Shown here: one piece after another, positions 35,201-46,212 of the stretch
Layout of the letters: the number at the start of each line of letters is the position of its first letter
Position numbering within the stretch: position 1 is the first letter of the stretch
Origin: Rectinema sp.
GTDB lineage: Bacteria > Spirochaetota > Spirochaetia > Treponematales > Rectinemataceae
DNA: 64,000 bases
Assembly (NCBI GenBank): GCA_035415815.1
Contig: DAOOGR010000001.1
Coordinates: forward strand, 990-64,989
Reading direction: 5' to 3'
Notes under the pieces: model-generated
Told to the model about the DNA's origin: nothing
Seen by the model: the letters and a program-made list of their open reading frames with translations, nothing else
Databases searched by the model: none
Program-made: the position numbers and the translations under genes

Positions 35201-36232
35201 ATGTACGCACTCGAAATCAAAGCTTTTGCAAAAATCAATATCGGACTCAAAATCTTTCAGAGAAGAATCTCAGGATACCACGATATAGAAAGCATATTTC
35301 AGAATGTAAGTTTATCTGATACCATTTTGATATCCACGGGCAAAAAGAATAATAAAGAGAGAGTGACCATAGAAGGTGACTTTGGATGCCCTATAAACTT
35401 ATCAAGTGTATATAGAGCAGCGATCGAATTCGATAAAGCTTCCGATGGAATTATTAGCCAAAATGGTGTATATATCCAAGTTAAAAAAGGAATTCCTGCA
35501 CAAGCAGGCTTGGGTGCAGCCAGTGCTGATGCTGCGGCTACACTCTGCGGCTTAAACGAGCTTTTTAGCATGCAGTTCTCAAAAAAAGAACTAACCAGCA
35601 TTTCAATAAGGATCGGGAGCGATGTTCCTTTCTTTTTGTATGGAGGTGCGGCTATTGTTAGGGGACGAGGCGAGTTGATAAACCTAATAGATCCCAGAAC
35701 CGATTTTGGAATAGTAATTTTACTACCTTCATGGTCTTCTTCTACTCAAGATGCTTATAGGCTTTTAGATGTTCTGCGCTGCAATGATATTTCTTGGATT
35801 CCACCCGCAACTGAATTTCGCGAAAGCGAATCGGTCCATTGTGTCTGCTCTTCGGATGAGAAGTTGAAACAATGGTATCATGGTCCTATTGTAAATTGGT
35901 ATCTAGAGAACGATTTTCAGCCAGTAATGGAAAAACAACATAGAGAATATAAAGAATGGTCACAGTTTCTTATGAAAAATGGCGCAATCTGTACAAGCCT
36001 TACTGGTTCTGGATCGGCAATGTATGGAGTATTCAAGTCTATGAGAGAAGCTGATACAGCTGCCGAAGAATGCAGGACTTTGCTCAAAGAAGCCGAAAAA
36101 TCAGGATTGTGTACTATTGCTAGCATTTTTTCTGTAGCACCGCTTGCGCGAAGCATGATTGTAAGTTATATTCAAGCTTGCAACGTAGATACAAGGTCAG
36201 ACAAGGAGCGTTCCTGCCATGGAAGTGACTGA
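35201..36232 (+). CDS. ispE: 4-diphosphocytidyl-2-C-methyl-D-erythritol kinase
   Basis: [12 protein letters not shown] start and GHMP-kinase motif [17 protein letters not shown]. At 343 aa it is longer than I would expect for IspE. Confidence 0.88.
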   Translation: MYALEIKAFAKINIGLKIFQRRISGYHDIESIFQNVSLSDTILISTGKKNNKERVTIEGDFGCPINLSSVYRAAIEFDKASDGIISQNGVYIQVKKGIPAQAGLGAASADAAATLCGLNELFSMQFSKKELTSISIRIGSDVPFFLYGGAAIVRGRGELINLIDPRTDFGIVILLPSWSSSTQDAYRLLDVLRCNDISWIPPATEFRESESVHCVCSSDEKLKQWYHGPIVNWYLENDFQPVMEKQHREYKEWSQFLMKNGAICTSLTGSGSAMYGVFKSMREADTAAEECRTLLKEAEKSGLCTIASIFSVAPLARSMIVSYIQACNVDTRSDKERSCHGSD

Positions 36233-36503
36233 CATCCGTATCCGGAAGGTAAGTGCTGAAGGAAAACTCAAAGCCTATGTAACAGTGACCTTCGATGAAT
36301 GCTTTGTTGTTCACAATGTAAAAATAATCGAAGGTAAAAGCGGCATGTTCATTGCTATGCCTAGTAGGCGGACAAAAACAGGAGAATACAAGGATATAGC
36401 ACATCCTATTTGTCCTGATTTCCGATCGAAATTACAGGAAAAAATTCTCGCTGCATATAATTCTAATGCGCCAAGCGATACTTCAGTGCCTGAATTTGAC
36501 TGA
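36219..36503 (+). CDS. spoVG: SpoVG-family nucleic-acid-binding protein
   Basis: [11 protein letters not shown]...[36 protein letters not shown] is the canonical SpoVG sequence. Confidence 0.93.
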   Translation: MEVTDIRIRKVSAEGKLKAYVTVTFDECFVVHNVKIIEGKSGMFIAMPSRRTKTGEYKDIAHPICPDFRSKLQEKILAAYNSNAPSDTSVPEFD

Positions 36504-36554
36504 CACCTTCACATTTTTTCAATTTCCTCGTATATTGCAATGAATTCTTTTTAT

Positions 36555-36626
36555 TGGGACGTAGGCAAGCGGTAAGCCTCCGGATTTTGGTTCCGGCATG
36601 CGCAGGTTCGAATCCTGCCGTCCCAG
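36555..36626 (+). tRNA. tRNA-Gln (anticodon UUG)
   Basis: Acceptor TGGGACG/CGTCCCA (U1-A72), anticodon stem CCGGA/TCCGG with loop TTTTGGT, T-arm GCAGG-TTCGAAT-CCTGC, discriminator G. No encoded CCA. Confidence 0.92.
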
Positions 36627-36658
36627 GAAAAGGCATATAGGTCAAGGAGTAGAAAAAT

Positions 36659-37315
36659 ATGGAACATATTGCATTGAGAGTCTCCCCGAGAGGAAAACTT
36701 ACTAAAGGAGAGCTCAGGCAAGAACGCAAAAAATGTAGATTGCCCGCTCAGATATATGGCAAAGGGATTGAGCCAATCTCGGTTTTTCTCGAAGGCAAGG
36801 AATTTACCAATGTTGCAAAACGTATCACCGAGAGTATGATCATCGATCTAGATTTGGAAGGCAAAAGATTTGCTGCTTTATTGAAGGAGATCCAAAAAGA
36901 AACAATTTCTGGTGATATCCTCCACATCGATTTTAATCTCTTGAGGCATGATAGAAAGATTCGTGTCAGAGTGCCTCTTCACCTGAATGGAACAGCCAAA
37001 GGTGTCAAAGATGGAGGAATTTTGGAACATTCAATTCATGAGATTGAAGTTGAGTGCGATTCCGATCATCTTCCAGAAAAGATCGAAGTAGATATTACAG
37101 ATCTTGAAGCGAATCATGCCCTTCACCTGAGAGAAATTGCTTTACCTGAAGGAGTAAAGCTAATCACTAACCCCGATACCGTCTTTGCGATCATAAAGTT
37201 TGCACACGGAGAGCCTGAAAATCCATCCGAGGTCGAAGCTGAAGCAGTCGAAGAAGCTGTTGCGCCTACAGAGCAAGAATCTGCAGAAACGACAAGTGAA
37301 GCAGTGCATAAATAA
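36659..37315 (+). CDS. rplY: 50S ribosomal protein L25 / general stress protein Ctc form
   Basis: 218 aa. GELRQERKKCRLPAQIYGKG start, two-domain Ctc architecture and an acidic tail. Confidence 0.9.
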   Translation: MEHIALRVSPRGKLTKGELRQERKKCRLPAQIYGKGIEPISVFLEGKEFTNVAKRITESMIIDLDLEGKRFAALLKEIQKETISGDILHIDFNLLRHDRKIRVRVPLHLNGTAKGVKDGGILEHSIHEIEVECDSDHLPEKIEVDITDLEANHALHLREIALPEGVKLITNPDTVFAIIKFAHGEPENPSEVEAEAVEEAVAPTEQESAETTSEAVHK

Positions 37316-37346
37316 CTTTTCAATATCTCAATTTTGTCTTAATAGT

Positions 37347-37386
37347 CCAGCGTTCCAGCTTAAGAGGCTGGAATGCTGGGCTTTTT
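37347..37386 (+). terminator. intrinsic terminator after rplY
   Basis: 13-bp stem CCAGCGTTCCAGC / GCTGGAATGCTGG (one G-U pair), a 7-nt loop, then GCTTTTT. Confidence 0.7.
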
Positions 37387-37416
37387 ATTACTAGGCTTGT
37401 ATATTCATAAGACAAG

Positions 37417-38931
37417 ATGCTAGGGTACCCAGAGGCAAACCCAAGCAAGGCAAAGAGAATGAAAACCCTCGAATACAAAGTCAAGAAAGTCCTCCTGGAT
37501 ATGCATGTGGATTTTCATAAGCCATTGGCAATTGCCTTTTCAGGAGGACTCGACTCAAGTGTTCTTCTCAGCATTCTCGTTCGTATTATTGGGCATGAGA
37601 ATATAAGAGCCATCCATGTATGTCACAATATTCGTCCAAAGGAAGAGCTTGAAAAAGAGAAGATAATTCTGCAAAAAACATGCAGAGATATGAATATTCC
37701 TCTGACCATAGTTAATATTAGGCAAGGTGCTATTTCTGAGTATGCACATAGGACAAAGTGTGGCGTCGAAGCAGCAGCAAGGCAATATCGATATCATGCT
37801 CTTATAAGGACAGCTCAAAGATTTGGTATCTCGACAATAGCCACTGCTCATCAAGCCGATGATCAAGCTGAAACCTTTTTCTTGCGTCTTCTTCGCGGGG
37901 GGCGCCTTGAGGCTCTCGGTGGTATTTTGCAGTCAAGATTAGTCGATAGTACAAAAGACATTTATATTATTCGCCCCCTTTTGAGTTTTAGACGCTACGA
38001 GCTAGAAGCATTTGCAAGAGAAAATAGCCTCGAATGGTCAGAGGATTCGACAAATAGAGACAACTCTTTTTTGAGAAATAGAATTAGACATGAGCTCATC
38101 CCTTTACTCGACACAAGATTTCCTTCCTGGAGATCTTCAATCGAATCTTATCAGCTGCAAGCTCAGGAATTAAAATCTCTTGTTACTTCAATCGCTCGCC
38201 AGCGTATGCCAACAATGGTGAGAGGTCGCGGCAAGGATGCCATACTGGATCAAACCTTATTTAAAAAGGAAGAAGCTTTGGTGCGCAGGGAGATCCTAAG
38301 GCTCTTTCTCATGCAGCTAGGGTTAGAAGATATTGTCAATCAAGGCGTGTTGCGATCCCTTGAGCATGCAATTCTAAAAAGGGCACCTAGAATCGAAGCA
38401 GGAAGATGTCAATTCGATCTCTCTTGTGGAGTTGTCAAGTATATCGGAAAAGCGGATTCTTCTTCTGCATTTTTAGATCGAAGTATTTCGCATCTAAAGG
38501 ATTTATGGAAGCTAGATGAATTCTTTCTAAAAGTAAGAGAGCCGGGTCAATACGAATGTGGGCCATTCAGAATCGTCGTATCTCAAAGCAAGTACGATCC
38601 TTCTTCAAATATTGCTGCAATAGACAAAGAGGATTTTATATACCTATCGATTCCGCTTTCCTTTCCATTTGTATTTCGAAATCGAAAGGAAGGTGAAACT
38701 ATAAGCCATGGAACTTTCTCGAAAGACTTGGATGCAATTTTTAAAAAGCAGAAGATTTCTTCTGAATCAAAGCATATTATTACTATTCTAGAAGATGAAT
38801 ATGGGATTGCGGCGATTCTTTTAATGACTTTTGATGGCAAATTAAATATAAAATCATACTATCCTCCACAGTTGCTGTGCGAAAAGAGAAAAATAATGTA
38901 TATTTTGCTATCGATGAAAGGAGATTTTTAG
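37417..38931 (+). CDS. tilS: tRNA(Ile)-lysidine synthase
   Basis: PP-loop AFSGGLDSSVLL and ATAHQADDQAETFFLRLLRG. The start could instead be the ATG at 37459. Confidence 0.88.
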   Translation: MLGYPEANPSKAKRMKTLEYKVKKVLLDMHVDFHKPLAIAFSGGLDSSVLLSILVRIIGHENIRAIHVCHNIRPKEELEKEKIILQKTCRDMNIPLTIVNIRQGAISEYAHRTKCGVEAAARQYRYHALIRTAQRFGISTIATAHQADDQAETFFLRLLRGGRLEALGGILQSRLVDSTKDIYIIRPLLSFRRYELEAFARENSLEWSEDSTNRDNSFLRNRIRHELIPLLDTRFPSWRSSIESYQLQAQELKSLVTSIARQRMPTMVRGRGKDAILDQTLFKKEEALVRREILRLFLMQLGLEDIVNQGVLRSLEHAILKRAPRIEAGRCQFDLSCGVVKYIGKADSSSAFLDRSISHLKDLWKLDEFFLKVREPGQYECGPFRIVVSQSKYDPSSNIAAIDKEDFIYLSIPLSFPFVFRNRKEGETISHGTFSKDLDAIFKKQKISSESKHIITILEDEYGIAAILLMTFDGKLNIKSYYPPQLLCEKRKIMYILLSMKGDF

Positions 38932-38935
38932 ATAA

Positions 38936-40819
38936 ATGCCTGATCAAAACGATAATAGAAATGGGAATAAGCCCGATCTGCCCATCGCTCCCAAAGGCAA
39001 TAGAGCGGCTCTTGTCCTGTTTTTTTCTATAATTGTCCTATTAGCGGTCTTTCTATTCTTTGGACAAAGCGAGAATTCGCGAGAGATTTCTTATTCTTCG
39101 TTTTTGTCTTATCTTGAACTTGGAGAAGTCAAATCCATCAAGATCGTCGATCAGAGGGACATAGAGGGAGTACTAAAGGGCAAGGGTGGGGCAGAAATGC
39201 CTTTCACCACGAGAATACCTTATTTTGACGCTGAGCTGATGGCTAAGCTTGAAGAAAAGGGAGTAAGCGTAACCGGAGCGATAAGCGGCACAAGTCCTTT
39301 CCAGATACTGTTCGAACTCACGCCATGGATATTTGGCTTTATCATGATATGGATAATGATGAAGCAAGTGCAGGGCAACAACAAGGCGTTCAGTTTTGGG
39401 AAAAGCCGGGCAAAAATGTATAGCGATTCCAATAAAAAGATCACCTTTGAAGATGTTGCTGGGCAAAAGGAAGCCAAGTATGAACTTATGGAGGTAGTCG
39501 ATTTTCTCAAGAATCCCAATAAGTTCCTAAAGATGGGCGCTAAGATACCCAAAGGAGTCCTTCTAGTGGGTATGCCGGGGACAGGCAAGACGCTCATAGC
39601 AAAGGCTACAGCTGGTGAAGCAAATGTGCCATTTTTCCATATGTCGGGTTCAGATTTCGTCGAAATGTTCGTCGGTGTTGGTGCTAGCCGTGTTCGTGAC
39701 CTCTTTGAACAAGGTCGAAAGCATGCTCCTTGTATAATCTTCATAGATGAGCTCGACGCGGTAGGCAGAACTCGAGGTTCTGGACTTGGGGGAGGACATG
39801 ACGAAAGAGAACAGACTTTGAATCAAATGCTTGTTGAAATGGACGGATTTGATACAAAGGATGGAGTCATTGTTTTGGCAGCCACCAATAGGCCCGATGT
39901 TCTAGACCCTGCATTGTTGAGACCAGGTCGCTTCGATAGACAAGTTGTAGTTGCAATGCCCGATGTAAATGAGAGAACCGAGATTCTTAAAATACACATG
40001 CGCCAGATTCCAACTTCTGGTGATGTAGATGTAGAGAAACTATCTCGTGCTACCCCTGGAACTTCTGGAGCCGATCTTGCTAACCTGGTTAACGAAGCCG
40101 CTCTCTTTGCTATCCGCAAAAACAAAGAAGCGGTTGAGATGGACGATTTCGAAGATGCGCGAGACAAGATATTGATGGGTGTAGCACGAAAAAGCTTGGT
40201 GATTGCGGATGAAGAAAAACGTGCCACCGCGATCCATGAATCGGGGCATGCACTTCTGCATTATTTTCTTGCACATGCGGATTCGCTTCATAAGGTGACT
40301 ATCGTTCCTCGGGGAAGAGCTCTGGGCTTGGCTTTATCATTGCCAGATAAGGATACATACTCAAGAACTTATGGATGGCTTTACGATCGCATCGTGATTT
40401 CTTATGGCGGATATGCAGCAGAAAAAATTATTTATGGAGAGACCACTACAGGAGCGGCACAGGATATCAAGCAGGCCACAGAAATTGCCCAAAAGATGGT
40501 GCGCGAGTGGGGAATGGCGAAGGATATTGGTCCAATCTCTCTTGGAGAGGACGAAGAGCCAATTTTTCTAGGACGTGAAATAGCGCAACACAAGGATTAT
40601 TCAGAAGCTACAGCCCAAAAGATAGATGCGGCCATACAAGGAATCCTTGATTCTGCATTGGAAAAGGCAACCAATATTCTAAAGCGAGAAAAGGATCGAC
40701 TAGTTAAACTTGCAGATGAGCTTATGCAAGTTGAAACCCTGGAAGATAAAGAAGTAAGAGAGCTTCTAGGCTTGCCTGAGGGTAAACTACTCTTGGAAGA
40801 GGGGATCGCACCATGTTGA
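38936..40819 (+). CDS. ftsH: ATP-dependent zinc metalloprotease FtsH
   Basis: Two TM helices, AAA+ Walker A GMPGTGKT, an SRH segment, and the HESGH zinc site. Confidence 0.96.
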   Translation: MPDQNDNRNGNKPDLPIAPKGNRAALVLFFSIIVLLAVFLFFGQSENSREISYSSFLSYLELGEVKSIKIVDQRDIEGVLKGKGGAEMPFTTRIPYFDAELMAKLEEKGVSVTGAISGTSPFQILFELTPWIFGFIMIWIMMKQVQGNNKAFSFGKSRAKMYSDSNKKITFEDVAGQKEAKYELMEVVDFLKNPNKFLKMGAKIPKGVLLVGMPGTGKTLIAKATAGEANVPFFHMSGSDFVEMFVGVGASRVRDLFEQGRKHAPCIIFIDELDAVGRTRGSGLGGGHDEREQTLNQMLVEMDGFDTKDGVIVLAATNRPDVLDPALLRPGRFDRQVVVAMPDVNERTEILKIHMRQIPTSGDVDVEKLSRATPGTSGADLANLVNEAALFAIRKNKEAVEMDDFEDARDKILMGVARKSLVIADEEKRATAIHESGHALLHYFLAHADSLHKVTIVPRGRALGLALSLPDKDTYSRTYGWLYDRIVISYGGYAAEKIIYGETTTGAAQDIKQATEIAQKMVREWGMAKDIGPISLGEDEEPIFLGREIAQHKDYSEATAQKIDAAIQGILDSALEKATNILKREKDRLVKLADELMQVETLEDKEVRELLGLPEGKLLLEEGIAPC

Positions 40820-40827
40820 GGAATTGA

Positions 40828-42753
40828 ATGAAAACACGGCAAGCTGCTATTCTTGTTCTTTTTTTATCCTTAAGTGTGGCAATAATTCAAAGCAGCTGTT
40901 CATCCATGCCCAAGAATGAGTTAAATATCAATTCCTCTGAAGAGGCAATTATTGCTCGTTTGGATCTGCTTGTAGATACTGATCCTGAACAATGTATCGC
41001 TGTTATCTCAAATCTATTCGAACAGCAACGAGAAAAAAATCAATCTTTTGAGGCTAGCATAATCGGCGAGAAAGGATTTGTGCTTTTTAGTAAAGCTATA
41101 GATAATATCAATATCCTCTTTAGAAAAGCTGTTGCAGACCAGGACATTCTTGCGGCTCGTCGGCTCTCTTTTTCTGCTTCTTCTTTAGTTCAATATGTAT
41201 CTTTTTATGATTCTCTTAGAAAAATGGTATCGGAAGAGCTTTCGATTATAGCATCGCCAGCAATGAGACTGCAGCTTGCTCTCTGGGAAGCCGAGAACAA
41301 ATTCAAAGAATATGGTTATGTTACAGGGAAGGCAGTGCTATCGATGGCTTACCTGGGAGAGCAGGGAGAAGATTCTTTCATTAAAGATACGGCTTTTTCT
41401 ATAGAAGACCTGAAAGTTCTTATAGACGCAAGAGATCCAAAAGAATATTTTGCTACTTGGGCTACCAGGGCTAAAGAGAATAATGATCTCAATGCGGAAG
41501 CCTGGTTTGAATCGCTCTCGTCTGGTCGGATCGATTTCTCTCCGGCTATCCAGACTTCCAGTCAAGATTGGTTGGCAGATGCGGTATCGAGCGTGGTCAC
41601 AGTATATGTGGACCGCGGATTCAAGGTTCAAGGCGGATACAGCATTCCGGATCGTGTGCTTGGCACAGCATTTCAAATTTCTGAAGGATTATACCTAACA
41701 AACTATCATGTTGTTCAGAGCGAGATTGATCCTACATACAAAGGATATTCGCGAATCAGTATTAGGCCTTCCGATAATCCTCAGATAAGAGTACCTGCAA
41801 AAGTCCTTAGCTTGGATGAAGAATTGGATTTGGCGCTTATTAAGTCCACAGAATATGCTCGTTGTAGTATTTTGCTGCCTCCTCCAGGAATGAGATTCCA
41901 TGCAGGAGATCGTGTCTTTGCCGTCGGCTCGCCTATAGGTCTTGAAAATAGTATTACGGCTGGTGTTGTCAGTTCATTGAGCAGAAAAATCATTTCCTTT
42001 GGCGAAGCGGCTCAGATCGATGTTCCAGTCAATCAAGGTAATTCAGGAAGCCCGCTCTTTTCTGAAAATGGAGTGTTAGTAGGCATGGTCTTTGCTGGAT
42101 TGCCATCATTTCAGAATATAAACTTCGCACTGCCCGTCCAATGGATTTCATTGTCTCTTCCCTCCCTATTCGAGGGAAAGGAAGTTGTCCATGCCAGACT
42201 TGGACTTATTATGGGGAAAGGCAGTGGTCAGAGTCCGCTAGTTCTTGCTGACCTCGATCCGTCTCTTTCTGCATTTAGAGCAGGTGATATTCTTAAATCT
42301 ATAAATGGAAAGGTTTCAAAGGACATAGCTTCGATTCAATTTCAACTCGCTTCTGTTCCGAAAGGCGCACTATGTTTTTTGGAAGCGCAGCGCGACTTTC
42401 AACCTGTCAGGAGATTGAGACAAATAAGCTCTACCGATGGTGCCTCCTTGATACCTGCATGGGACAGAATTCACAAGAATTCAATACTTGAGGGACTTTT
42501 CGGGGCTAGGCTTATTCAGCTTAAGGACTCGGAAAAAGTAGGGGGCCTCTATTCTGTACAATGGGTATGCCCTGCAGAGGCAGCCGATGAAATAGGCCTT
42601 AGTGAAAACGATGTTATAACTGTTTACAAGTTTCGGCTCGATCCAAAAAATAAGGTATTTATCCTTGAATTTTCTGCCAAGTCTAGGCTTAGCGGATATT
42701 TCGAACGCACTATCCATTTGGAGTTTTCCAGCGATAGTGCTACAATTATTTAA
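40828..42753 (+). CDS. trypsin-like (HtrA/S1C-type) serine protease lipoprotein with a PDZ-like region
   Basis: Signal peptide ending in IQSSC. Catalytic triad contexts TNYHVV, DLALIK and GNSGSPLF. Helical N-terminal domain of about 250 aa with unknown function. Confidence 0.8.
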   Translation: MKTRQAAILVLFLSLSVAIIQSSCSSMPKNELNINSSEEAIIARLDLLVDTDPEQCIAVISNLFEQQREKNQSFEASIIGEKGFVLFSKAIDNINILFRKAVADQDILAARRLSFSASSLVQYVSFYDSLRKMVSEELSIIASPAMRLQLALWEAENKFKEYGYVTGKAVLSMAYLGEQGEDSFIKDTAFSIEDLKVLIDARDPKEYFATWATRAKENNDLNAEAWFESLSSGRIDFSPAIQTSSQDWLADAVSSVVTVYVDRGFKVQGGYSIPDRVLGTAFQISEGLYLTNYHVVQSEIDPTYKGYSRISIRPSDNPQIRVPAKVLSLDEELDLALIKSTEYARCSILLPPPGMRFHAGDRVFAVGSPIGLENSITAGVVSSLSRKIISFGEAAQIDVPVNQGNSGSPLFSENGVLVGMVFAGLPSFQNINFALPVQWISLSLPSLFEGKEVVHARLGLIMGKGSGQSPLVLADLDPSLSAFRAGDILKSINGKVSKDIASIQFQLASVPKGALCFLEAQRDFQPVRRLRQISSTDGASLIPAWDRIHKNSILEGLFGARLIQLKDSEKVGGLYSVQWVCPAEAADEIGLSENDVITVYKFRLDPKNKVFILEFSAKSRLSGYFERTIHLEFSSDSATII

Positions 42754-42810
42754 AAGCTTCTTCCATAGACAATCGATTCATAGCAAGAGGGAATCAAGGA
42801 GGCCTGCAAG

Positions 42811-44730
42811 ATGCCAAAAATTGCCATTCTTGAATCCGACATTCTAATAGCGTTAGATATCGCAAAGAGTATAGAACAAGAAGGGCTGGCAGAGGCAGAT
42901 ATCTATGAAAAAATTGAGCAAGCATATCAGGATATTGATGGACTCGAGTATGAGCTTTTTATTATTGATATTGGAGATAATCAACCTGAGATAATTGACG
43001 CAGCAATACGGATACATAGACAGACTGGCCTATACTGTCTGGTTGTAAGTGACCATGGCGTTACAAGTATTTCAGCAAAACTACGAGAAGCGCAGCCTCT
43101 TGGCATTCTTGTAAAACCATTTTCTAAACGAGAGCTTATCGCCAATGTCGAAACTGCGCTCTACCATTCATCGATGGAAAAAAAATTGAGAGATAGAGAG
43201 CGACGATATAGAGATCTTTTTGCTTATAGTCTATCAGCGAGATGCATCACAGATATCGAAGGAAGTATTCTAGAGAGAAATAGAGTATTTGAATCTAGCT
43301 TTTCCAATCCAATAAAAGCCGAAAATGTAAAGGATATCTTACCCAGCGATATGATCTGGAGAGAGATAATCGAAAGCCTTGAAGAAAACAATATTCTGCA
43401 GAGAGAAATTCAAACAAATAGAATTATAGATAGCCTCGAACAAAGATCGCGCGATTTCATCTGCAGCTTTTCTAAATTTGAGGAGGAAGGAAGCAGTGCA
43501 CAAATTCTATGTGAATTCTTGGATGTCACCGAATCTAGGAGGCTGAGGGAGGAACTATTTCAGTCACAAAAGAGAGAGGAGATAGGAAGGCTAACAAGTG
43601 GTGTTGCTCATGATCTAAATAATTTTCTGACTTCAATAATGGGATTTCTTGAAATGATTAAGCTCGAAATTCCTAATAATTCGCCAGCACATGAAGATAT
43701 CCGAGGAATAGATAGAGTTGTTAAGAGGGCTTCTGGACTTACGCGACAACTATTGGGCTTTTCCAAGCACAAGCCTTATTCACCCGCTCCAATCAATCTA
43801 AAAGAAGTTATGGGCGACACTTATAAAATATTAAAGAGACTTATCCCTGAGAACATAAGTCTTACCCTAAGCCTTCCTGAAGAGTCATTAGTTGTAAACA
43901 TGGATATATCACATCTCGAACAGATACTTTTGAATCTTGTTGTGAATGCCAGAGATGCACTTGAAAAGACTGAGAATCCTCATATATCGATTCAGCTTAG
44001 CCAATTTGGGAACGATGCGTTTTATCCTAAAGAAGCCATGATGCAGCCAGGCGATTATGCTCTAATCGCAGTTAAAGATAATGGAGCTGGTATAGATAAT
44101 CAGAATATAGAGAGAGTATTCGAGCCTTTTTTTACTACTAAAGCAAAAAATCAAGGGACAGGTCTAGGATTGTCTATTGTTAAATCTCTCGTCGAAATGA
44201 ATGGCGGCTACATTAAGCTTGAGAGCGAAAAGGGAAGAGGGACTACGATCAAGATCTGGTTTCCAATCCTTATGGGAACCGATACTACGACCAAGCCCAT
44301 GGCTCAAGAAGAATACTCTCTGCTCTCTATGATCAATCCGCCTAATAATATATTAAAAGGAAGGCATATTCTTGTTGTTGACGATGATGAATCAATATTG
44401 GAGGCCTGCACAAGAATCCTAGAGAGTGCAGGAGCTATTGTTGATACTTGTATCAATGCTGGAGAAGCTATTCTTAAAGCTGAAAGGGTCAAATTCGATC
44501 TTCTGCTCACAGATATAGTACTGCCGGGCGTATATGGAACTGAATTATGGGAAAGGATGAAAAAAAATAGTCAAGCGAAAGCATGTATTTTCATGACCGG
44601 ATATGAGTCCTATCAGACTGAGCAATTCGCAGGTGTTACTTTACTGCACAAGCCATTCGATGCTCGTACTCTTCTCGAATGTTGTAATAATGTTTTAAAT
44701 AGTTCGATCGAATCCCAAGAGACGATATAG
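42811..44730 (+). CDS. hybrid sensor histidine kinase with receiver domains at both ends (REC-PAS-HisKA-HATPase-REC)
   Basis: H-box SGVAHDLNNFLTSI, N box LNLVVNARDA, and G boxes DNGAGI / GTGLGLS. C-terminal ILVVDDDES...LLLTDIVLPG...KPF and N-terminal FIIDIG...VVSD...KPF. Confidence 0.88.
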   Translation: MPKIAILESDILIALDIAKSIEQEGLAEADIYEKIEQAYQDIDGLEYELFIIDIGDNQPEIIDAAIRIHRQTGLYCLVVSDHGVTSISAKLREAQPLGILVKPFSKRELIANVETALYHSSMEKKLRDRERRYRDLFAYSLSARCITDIEGSILERNRVFESSFSNPIKAENVKDILPSDMIWREIIESLEENNILQREIQTNRIIDSLEQRSRDFICSFSKFEEEGSSAQILCEFLDVTESRRLREELFQSQKREEIGRLTSGVAHDLNNFLTSIMGFLEMIKLEIPNNSPAHEDIRGIDRVVKRASGLTRQLLGFSKHKPYSPAPINLKEVMGDTYKILKRLIPENISLTLSLPEESLVVNMDISHLEQILLNLVVNARDALEKTENPHISIQLSQFGNDAFYPKEAMMQPGDYALIAVKDNGAGIDNQNIERVFEPFFTTKAKNQGTGLGLSIVKSLVEMNGGYIKLESEKGRGTTIKIWFPILMGTDTTTKPMAQEEYSLLSMINPPNNILKGRHILVVDDDESILEACTRILESAGAIVDTCINAGEAILKAERVKFDLLLTDIVLPGVYGTELWERMKKNSQAKACIFMTGYESYQTEQFAGVTLLHKPFDARTLLECCNNVLNSSIESQETI

Positions 44731-45429
44731 CTCCATTTCATATCCATAGAGTTCTGAAGAAGTAAAAGTCCTTTTTTCGTGAGGTATATCGATCTGTATC
44801 GTCCCTTCCACCCGGGCAGGGCGCTGGCTCAATACGATCACTTTATCAGCTAGATATAATGCATCGTGAATGTCGTGTGTTACAATGACAACAGTCGGCT
44901 TTTCATCTTTCCATAAATGGAGAAAATCCTCCATAAGTTCGATTTTTTTTCTCAGATCAACCTCCGAGAAGGCCTCGTCTAAAAGAAGCATATCAGCTGG
45001 GAAAGCAAAAGCCCTTGCCAAAGCAAGCCTTTTTTGCATTCCTCCCGATAATTGGCTAGGCTTGAATTTCCTAAATTCCCAAAGTCCGGCTTCTTGTAAA
45101 AAGCGCTCGATTCTCAATTCTATATCGCATATTCTAGAAGAGGATTGCAAAAGAGAGCCCAAGGCAAATCGCAAGTTATCTTCTGCGCTTAGCCAACCGA
45201 GAAGCCTTGGCTCCTGAAAGCAATAGGAGAATTTACGGCCTTCAATGCCAATAATAGAACCGCTATCGGCTTGGGAAATCCCAGATATTATATTTAAGAT
45301 AGTCGTCTTGCCGCAACCGCTGGGCCCTATAATTAAGGTTATACAAGATTCTTCGAGAGAAAAGGTTACATCTTCGAGCACTTCGAGAGATCCATAGCTT
45401 TTTTTTAGATTTTCTATCTTGATATTCAT
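44695..45429 (-). CDS. ABC transporter ATP-binding protein (NitT/TauT family)
   Basis: Walker A GPSGCGKTT, signature LSGGMQKRLALARA, Walker B LLLDEAFS. 36-nt convergent overlap with the kinase gene. Confidence 0.9.
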   Translation of the reverse strand: MNIKIENLKKSYGSLEVLEDVTFSLEESCITLIIGPSGCGKTTILNIISGISQADSGSIIGIEGRKFSYCFQEPRLLGWLSAEDNLRFALGSLLQSSSRICDIELRIERFLQEAGLWEFRKFKPSQLSGGMQKRLALARAFAFPADMLLLDEAFSEVDLRKKIELMEDFLHLWKDEKPTVVIVTHDIHDALYLADKVIVLSQRPARVEGTIQIDIPHEKRTFTSSELYGYEMELYRLLGFDRTI

Positions 45430-45431
45430 CG

Positions 45432-46202
45432 TCAGCCTAGATCCTGATTTTCTTCTTGAGAAGACTGTCTAAATCGTACACTTAATCCATCTGCTAGAAG
45501 TCCGAATAAATACTCGCTTAGACCACAAAGGAGTATTGTAATTATTGCCCAGGCAAAAACCGTAGTCGTTTCAATAGAAAGTCTTGCTTCCTGCATACCA
45601 GTACCCAACGCCATACGTGGCTGACTCAAAACTTCTCCGGCGACGACTACTTTCCACGAGAGCCCAAGAGCATTTTTTGCTCCAGATAGGATATATGGAA
45701 GGGCAGATGGCAAACGAAGACGCCAAAAAACCAATGATGAAGGAACATGGAAAAAATTCGACATCTGAAGAAGCTTTTGATCCACCGCATGCACACCTGC
45801 TTCTGTCGAAGTATGCATTACAGGAAATGCCATAAGAATTGCGCTAAAAACAGGTACCTGCCAAGCCGGAAACCAGAACATAGCCACTAATATCAACGCC
45901 ATAACAGGTGTTGCTCGCATTGCTACAACTAATGGATTTAAAAAAGCTCGAGCTTGAGGCTTTATTCCGCTTATTATGCCAGTAGCAAGGCCTATAAGAG
46001 TGCTAAGAATGAATGCCTCGAGCACCCTAAGGAAAGAACCACCTATTGAAAGCCAAAATGTATTCTTTCCAGAAAGCATATAAAGGGCTGTAGCAACTCT
46101 AGCAGGACTTGGCAGAATTAGATCGCTTTTTACAAGAATAGCTCCTATTTCCCATATTAAGAGAAACGAAATAATCCCCAATAGCTGCCATCTAAGCAGC
46201 AT
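45432..46202 (-). CDS. ABC transporter permease (NitT/TauT family)
   Basis: Six TM segments and an EAA-like loop (LPSALPYILSGAKNALGLSWKVVVAGE). The start is set at the ATG at 46202, with AGGTGA overlapping the upstream stop. The track start at 46259 lies inside the binding-protein gene. Confidence 0.85.
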   Translation of the reverse strand: MLLRWQLLGIISFLLIWEIGAILVKSDLILPSPARVATALYMLSGKNTFWLSIGGSFLRVLEAFILSTLIGLATGIISGIKPQARAFLNPLVVAMRATPVMALILVAMFWFPAWQVPVFSAILMAFPVMHTSTEAGVHAVDQKLLQMSNFFHVPSSLVFWRLRLPSALPYILSGAKNALGLSWKVVVAGEVLSQPRMALGTGMQEARLSIETTTVFAWAIITILLCGLSEYLFGLLADGLSVRFRQSSQEENQDLG

Positions 46203-46212
46203 AAATCGGCGT

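Noticed and set aside
36463-36729. 88-aa minus-strand ORF.
   Set aside because: It is antisense to tRNA-Gln and to the start of rplY, with no SD, so it is an artefact.
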